Sequence record: DRR723986_3396
Length of the DNA stretch: 43,332 bases
Strand: one strand, 5' to 3'
Shown: positions 38,571 to 43,332 of the stretch, piece by piece
How positions within the stretch are numbered: the first letter of the stretch is position 1
Layout: each line of letters starts with the position of its first letter
Program-made: the position numbers and the translations under genes
The notes under the pieces: model-generated
What the model was told of the DNA's origin: nothing
Databases searched by the model: none
What the model saw: only the letters and a program-made list of their open reading frames with translations

Positions 38571-39041
38571 TTACCCCTGGATCGCATCAAGCAGGTCAAA
38601 CACTTCGCCAAATGGCGGAAAGACCCCGAGAAGTTCAAAGAAAATGATGTGATAGATCAGCGGGCAAAGGACGACCGAAACGGCCAGACCAATTTTGCTG
38701 CGCACGCCGAACATATACAGCACAACGGGCGCTGTTATGGCCGTGGGTAGCACATAGCCGAACCAGCGGATGGAGTGTTGATAGAGGAGGGCAATCGCAA
38801 ACAGTGCGAGGATCTCGAGCACCGCGTTGTTCTCCGCGCTCTGCGACTTGTCGTTTGGTGTTGGGCTGCGAAGCCCGCCCATGATCATGAATGCTGCGAT
38901 GATTAACAGCCCAAGCCCGGCGCCAAATGGCACAACCCCAGCCCAGGTTTCATTGTCGGCGGCGGCTGGTACGTTCCAGACCCCGATGATTGCGAATAGG
39001 CCGAGTGCAAAAAGCACCACACCTTCGGATAACGCGCGCAT
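38571..39041 (-). CDS. tctB: TTT small membrane subunit TctB (second copy)
   Basis: Four hydrophobic helices; C-terminus IFFELLGVFPP.GE.FDLLD.IQG shared with the first copy. Confidence 0.88.
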   Translation of the reverse strand: MRALSEGVVLFALGLFAIIGVWNVPAAADNETWAGVVPFGAGLGLLIIAAFMIMGGLRSPTPNDKSQSAENNAVLEILALFAIALLYQHSIRWFGYVLPTAITAPVVLYMFGVRSKIGLAVSVVLCPLIYHIIFFELLGVFPPFGEVFDLLDAIQG

Positions 39042-39105
39042 AATTTGCCCCTCCCACGGTCAAAAAGTTGGGGCCAACGCGGACTGCGCTGACCCCTGTG
39101 AGTGA

Positions 39106-40065
39106 TTATTTGCTCAAGCCTGCAACGAGTGGGGCTGCGTCGGCCTTCATCGCGGTCAGGCCCGCTTTTGCATCTGCGCCATTGGCGTAAACAGGGCCGG
39201 TGCCGCGTTTTGCCAAAAGCTCGGCAAATTCAGGCTTTGCGGCGATCTCTGCCAGCGCGGCTTCCATGGCTGTGATGACCTCGGATGGGGTGCCTTTGGG
39301 GGCAAAGACGATGACGGGTGAGGACACGGCTGCGAAGGGAATGCCCAATTCACCAAATGCGGGAACTTTGGTCATGATGCCATCGCGTTCGGCGCTGTTG
39401 ACGGCGAGCGCGCGCAGGTTGTCTTCGAAGCCAGCTAATTGCTGAACGCCTAAGAAGCCGAAATCAGCTTGCGATCCGATCAATGCTGCCCGTGTTGGGC
39501 CGCCCCCTTTGAACGGAACATCCTGGGCTTCGATGTTGTTGTTGGCCAAGAAGCCGAGGCCACCCACATAGTGGAACCCGCCACGACCTGAATGCGCCCA
39601 ACGCAGTGAGCCGGGGTTGGCCTGTGCCGCATCGATGACATCCTGAACAGTTTGGAAGGGACTGTCTTTGGGCACCATCAGCGAGGTCTGCAGCTTGCCG
39701 ACCTGCGCGACGAACTCGAACGAGTCCAGTGCATCGATTTTGGTGTCCCGTGTCATGGTGGATAGCAGGAATGAGCCACCGGATGTCATCATCATGGTGT
39801 AGCCATCGGGACGTGCGCCAACCACAGAGTTTGCACCGTTCAAGCCGCCGGAACCGGGCTTGTTCACTACAACGACGGGTACATCCAGCACATCCGCTGC
39901 GGCGGCTGAAATGGCGCGGGCATAGGCATCTGTGCCACCGCCAGCTTTGTAGGGCACGACAAGGTTAATGGGGCGCTTTGGCCAATCAGCCGCGATGGAT
40001 GCGGTTGCGGTGACAAGTACTGCAACGCCTGCGATCGCGGCTGAGATGAGTGATCTGCGTTTCAT
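39106..40065 (-). CDS. tctC: TTT substrate-binding protein TctC (second copy)
   Basis: Signal peptide; WP.RPI.LVVPYKAGGGTD, VNKPGSGG, PDGYT, VPFKGG; GGGAGG RBS. Confidence 0.93.
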   Translation of the reverse strand: MKRRSLISAAIAGVAVLVTATASIAADWPKRPINLVVPYKAGGGTDAYARAISAAAADVLDVPVVVVNKPGSGGLNGANSVVGARPDGYTMMMTSGGSFLLSTMTRDTKIDALDSFEFVAQVGKLQTSLMVPKDSPFQTVQDVIDAAQANPGSLRWAHSGRGGFHYVGGLGFLANNNIEAQDVPFKGGGPTRAALIGSQADFGFLGVQQLAGFEDNLRALAVNSAERDGIMTKVPAFGELGIPFAAVSSPVIVFAPKGTPSEVITAMEAALAEIAAKPEFAELLAKRGTGPVYANGADAKAGLTAMKADAAPLVAGLSK

Positions 40066-40114
40066 GGTGGTCCTCCCTGAATATCTTGGGCGCCAAGTTA
40101 ACAGAGCAAATAGG

Positions 40115-40159
40115 TTGCGAAAAATGCAAAGATGTTTAGATTAGTTGCATGATTTGCAA
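40115..40159. promoter_or_regulatory. Pair of candidate LysR sites
   Basis: TTGCG-N5-TGCAA (40115-40129) and TTGCA-N5-TGCAA (40145-40159), both T-N11-A, 30 bp apart in the divergent promoter. Confidence 0.65.
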
Positions 40160-40175
40160 GTGAAGGGGTGTTGTT

Positions 40176-41096
40176 ATGAACATCAAAGCCTTACGGGCCT
40201 TTCGCGCGACCCTGTCAGAGGGATCTTTGGCGGCGGCAGGCAAAATATTGAACTTATCGCAGCCTGCCGTCAGCCGATTGATCTCGGGGCTTGAAGGGGA
40301 ATTGCGCCTGACGCTGTTCGATCGGTCGGGGCGCAATTTGGTGCCGACACCAGAGGGCACCGCCTTTTACCGAGAGGCGGGGCGCATTCTGGACAATCTA
40401 GATGAGGTTCCCAAAATCGCCGCTGAAATTCGTGCGGGGCGCACCGAGAACCTGCGCATTGTTGCGATGCCACGGATTGCGCAGGCGTTGGCCTCGCCTG
40501 CGGTGGCGCGGTTTGTGCAGGAATTCCCCGACGTCGGCGTCAGTCTGGATGTGCGGGCTCGTCGTGAGGCCAGCAAGTGGCTGGCGGGGCGCGAGTATGA
40601 CATCGGTATCGGGGCCTTGCCTGTGGATCACCCCGAAATCCGGACCGAGCTGTTGTTGCGGGTTCGGGCGCAAGCGATTGTTCCAGCCGATCATCCGTTG
40701 GCAGAGGCCGAGGCCCTATCGGTTGATGATCTGGCAGAGGTGCCCATCATCCGTTTGATGCACGGGCTTTTGTTGCGCGATCAGTTGGATGATATGTTCC
40801 AATCTGCTGGCATTGTTCCGAAACATCAATGCGAGGTGGCCTCTTCTTCTTTGGCCTGTGCGCTGGTTGCGGATGGGGGTGGGGTGACGATTGCAGATGA
40901 ATTGGTTGCGGCCCAAGTGGACCAGTCCCGCATTCGTATCATTCCGATTACACCCGAACGCTGGATGTCGTTTGGATTGCTGTTTCCAGTTAATGTCGAG
41001 CCAACGGACGCCTCTGAACGGTTTGTTCGCGCCTTGAAATCGCATATTGCGGCACTGGCGGCGGATAGCACAACAATAACGCTTCGTGTGGATTAA
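40176..41096 (+). CDS. LysR-family transcriptional regulator
   Basis: HTH GSLAAAGKILNLSQPAVSRLISGLE; paralogous to 20590-21483. Confidence 0.92.
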   Translation: MNIKALRAFRATLSEGSLAAAGKILNLSQPAVSRLISGLEGELRLTLFDRSGRNLVPTPEGTAFYREAGRILDNLDEVPKIAAEIRAGRTENLRIVAMPRIAQALASPAVARFVQEFPDVGVSLDVRARREASKWLAGREYDIGIGALPVDHPEIRTELLLRVRAQAIVPADHPLAEAEALSVDDLAEVPIIRLMHGLLLRDQLDDMFQSAGIVPKHQCEVASSSLACALVADGGGVTIADELVAAQVDQSRIRIIPITPERWMSFGLLFPVNVEPTDASERFVRALKSHIAALAADSTTITLRVD

Positions 41097-41099
41097 GGC

Positions 41100-41200
41100 A
41101 CACACGATCTGGTCAAAACCCTGCTGGTTGAACAAGGCCGCCCTCGCATTCAGCACCGCCATACGCTTTTGTTCGCGAACCTTTTCTTGGGTTGGGGCGC
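41100..41200 (-). pseudogene. Possible N-terminal fragment of a TetR-family regulator
   Basis: REQKRMAVLNARAALFNQQGFD resembles TetR helix 1 and the following GF turn; short and truncated. Confidence 0.35.
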
Positions 41201-41256
41201 ACCGGGGGATGTTGGATTTTGAGGGGCTGATTGCCAACAGCACACCGGCACAGGAC

Positions 41257-41680
41257 GGGTATGCCAAGTTGTTTTCGTCGGTGTGTAAGAGGATGAGCTA
41301 CCGCGATTAAGCAACCATTTCATCGGTGCACTCGGCCCGCAGGATGAAGGCATCTGAATGGGCATGTCGGTAAGATGTGGCGGCCAGTGTATAGCCGCGG
41401 GTAGAAAGATGGTATTAATTTCGCCATGAGCTGCAAGGAACTTTTGGGTTTGGCGCGGCGATTTGAACCGCCCCATGATTTTCTAGCGCTTTCGGGTTTG
41501 TCGGTGCGACCTTTCAATCGCACTGTTGAGGCCTTTATGCGCACGATGGTCTGCGCCAGGTGCCAAATCCCGGATTGGTTTGATGTAACTCAGCAGCTTG
41601 TCCGTGATCATAGCAGGAGGTGTGTCGAAGCGGGTAATCAGCCTTTGCCGGAATCGTAGTGCTGCTTTCTTGCGACCAAT
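41257..41680 (-). mobile_element. IS6-family remnant (3' part of the transposase, inactivated)
   Basis: KAALRF..., ITDKL.SY, H...KGLN.AIE.SH...RKR*KIMGRFKS (in-frame TAG at 41483-41485), later frameshift; possible terminal IR near 41257. Confidence 0.8.
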
Positions 41681-42890
41681 GAATGATCTCTGCCGGTGCT
41701 CCCTCGAAGACATAAGGATTCAGGATTGCGCGATTGGCGAGGACAGTGCGGTCGGCCGTGTTCAACCGCGCTTCTTCGGCAACCTCGCCAAAGCCCGCAT
41801 GGATTTCTTCGACCTGTCTGATGATGGTCTCGATCGCATCTTTTTCGGAAATTCCGAAGTTTGGAGCGGCTTCAATGGCCAGTGCCACCCGGCTTTGCCG
41901 TGAATTTCCGCGCACGCGAATGGCCTGGTTCGCCTCGTGACCGAGACGGGGGCGAGGCTCGATGTCATAGGCCGGGGTCAGGGTCAGAAGCTCTCCATCC
42001 CAGAACGCCGCGTGATTGCGCGCATGATCGTCGGTGTTGCCGATGAGGATGTTGAAGACCATCCGCCGAAAAAGCTCTGCCTGAGTTTCTCTGGGGTCTG
42101 TTCCGCCACGCCGCAAAATCCCCGCGAGATCTTCGTAACTGCCGTAATAGCTGCGGGCTTCGTCGAGGCCGAGTAGAGTCAGGGCTGACACCATGTGCCG
42201 ACGTGTCCATCCGCCGGCCTTTGGTTCGCGATCAAAAAGCTCGACCAGCAAGACGTCTTTGTCGCGCACCGACACTAGCTCGGCTTTCGCCACACGAATA
42301 CCGACGCGTGCTGCCAGCCTGAGGCCCAAAAGCTCGGCACCGACAATCTTGTGAGGATCGCGGCTGGACGGAAACTTTGCAATGAGCTTGCGGCGCCCGT
42401 CCGTCAGCTGGGCCTTGGGGCGCGCGCCACCTATCGATGTGCCATGGTTCATTGCTTCGTCGAGATCGGGCGGCAGCGGCGTGCCTTCCTCGATCAACCG
42501 TGCCCCCTCCATCATGGCCGCAAGCGTCGCCTCCTGAGACAGGCGCGGGACATAGGTTGTTGGGGAGGTCTGGAAATCCAGGGCCCCAGTGCGGTCCGAG
42601 CCGGAGAGCAGCATGTAGCTCAGCTCGTCGATGTCCGCGGTGTCCATGTCGGGATCGCGGCGTCCGGTGACATGGGTCAGGATCACCCGGCGGCCCCAAT
42701 TGTCTGGTGCAGCGTCGCGCAGGCATCCCGCGATGGTGTGTGGCGCCGCAGGGAGATGCACGCCTTTCTTGAGCGGAAGCTCAGGCGCGAAAAGCGAAAT
42801 TGCGTCGTCACGCTCGAGATAGCTGCGACCATAGGTGAAACGGTAAATGCCATCCACCAGGTCGATCCTCAGTCTAAATTCACTAGCCAA
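41535..42890 (-). pseudogene. hipA: HipA-family kinase toxin, apparently 5'-truncated, 3' end fused to the IS6 remnant
   Basis: FTYG.SYL, DAAPD.WGR, SIGGARPKA, IAKFP, NTDDHARN, LTPAYD; no hipB upstream; TTG start lies in unrelated AT-richer DNA. Confidence 0.75.
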
Positions 42891-42951
42891 CGACCCTGAG
42901 ACGTTTCTGGATCGTTTTAACTAACTGGAGGTAAGAACTTTGGAGCACGGC

Positions 42952-43332
42952 TGACCTGCTCCCTATTCAGTCCGCTAATCTAGGTTAGTTTTGTTCAGGT
43001 TTTGGTCTTCTTTTGACCGGTTAGCATTTTCCGTTGGTGTCGGGCCAGCGAGGCTGGTCTGCGGGCGGTGATGGTTAAAGTCGTTGCGTCACGCACCGGC
43101 CCTCAAAAGTTTTTCCCAGCAGTTCCTTGAGCGTGGATACATCCATCATCTGCTCAGCCAGCAGCTTCTTCAATTTGGCATTCTCAAGCTCAAGCGCCTT
43201 CAGCTTCTTTGCATCAGACACTTCCATCCCGCCGTATTTGGATCGCCATTTGTAAAACGTCGCATCGCTGATCCCATGCTTGCGGCACAGCTCCTTCGCG
43301 CTAAGCCCGGCCTGAGGTTCTTTCAACATCCC
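42952..43332 (-). mobile_element. Internally deleted IS3-family element (runs off the window)
   Basis: OrfA (ELCRKHGISDATFYKWRSKYGGM...LE.EN.KLKKLLAE) joined almost directly to the OrfB tail (HHRPQTSL...TP.E.ANRSKEDQNLN); end ...GGGAGCAGGTCA at 42952. Confidence 0.82.

Noticed and set aside
1-43332. tRNA, rRNA, riboswitch, integrase or conjugation genes
   Set aside because: None recognisable by eye; a covariance-model search (Infernal/Rfam) would be needed to exclude small RNAs

Overview
A ~43 kb segment of an alphaproteobacterial extrachromosomal replicon, probably a Roseobacter-group plasmid or chromid (inferred from gene families and the parAB-rep layout). It holds a full replication/partition module: parB-parA (minus strand), an iteron-bearing origin, a Rep_3 initiator and palindromic candidate parS sites. 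A ccdAB toxin-antitoxin pair lies nearby. The cargo is mostly small regulator-plus-catabolism modules with six LysR genes. These are copA-cueR, a VOC protein with a 2-hydroxyacid dehydrogenase, a CUT1 ABC importer with a metallophosphodiesterase, two paralogous LysR-tctCBA modules with different enzymes, and an LLM monooxygenase/tautomerase/hydrolase operon. The most notable locus pairs an ornithine-cyclodeaminase-family gene with a histidine-ammonia-lyase homologue that lacks the MIO-forming Ala-Ser-Gly and has Arg at the His83 specificity position, which points to an undescribed elimination pathway. Also notable is an 884-aa acidic protein with a lysozyme-like N-terminal domain and five FDP-type repeats. 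The window also contains a collapsed ABC/acyl-CoA-ligase operon fossil and a right-end cluster of IS6 and IS3 remnants around an orphan hipA. All calls come from motif reading by eye; no database search was run.
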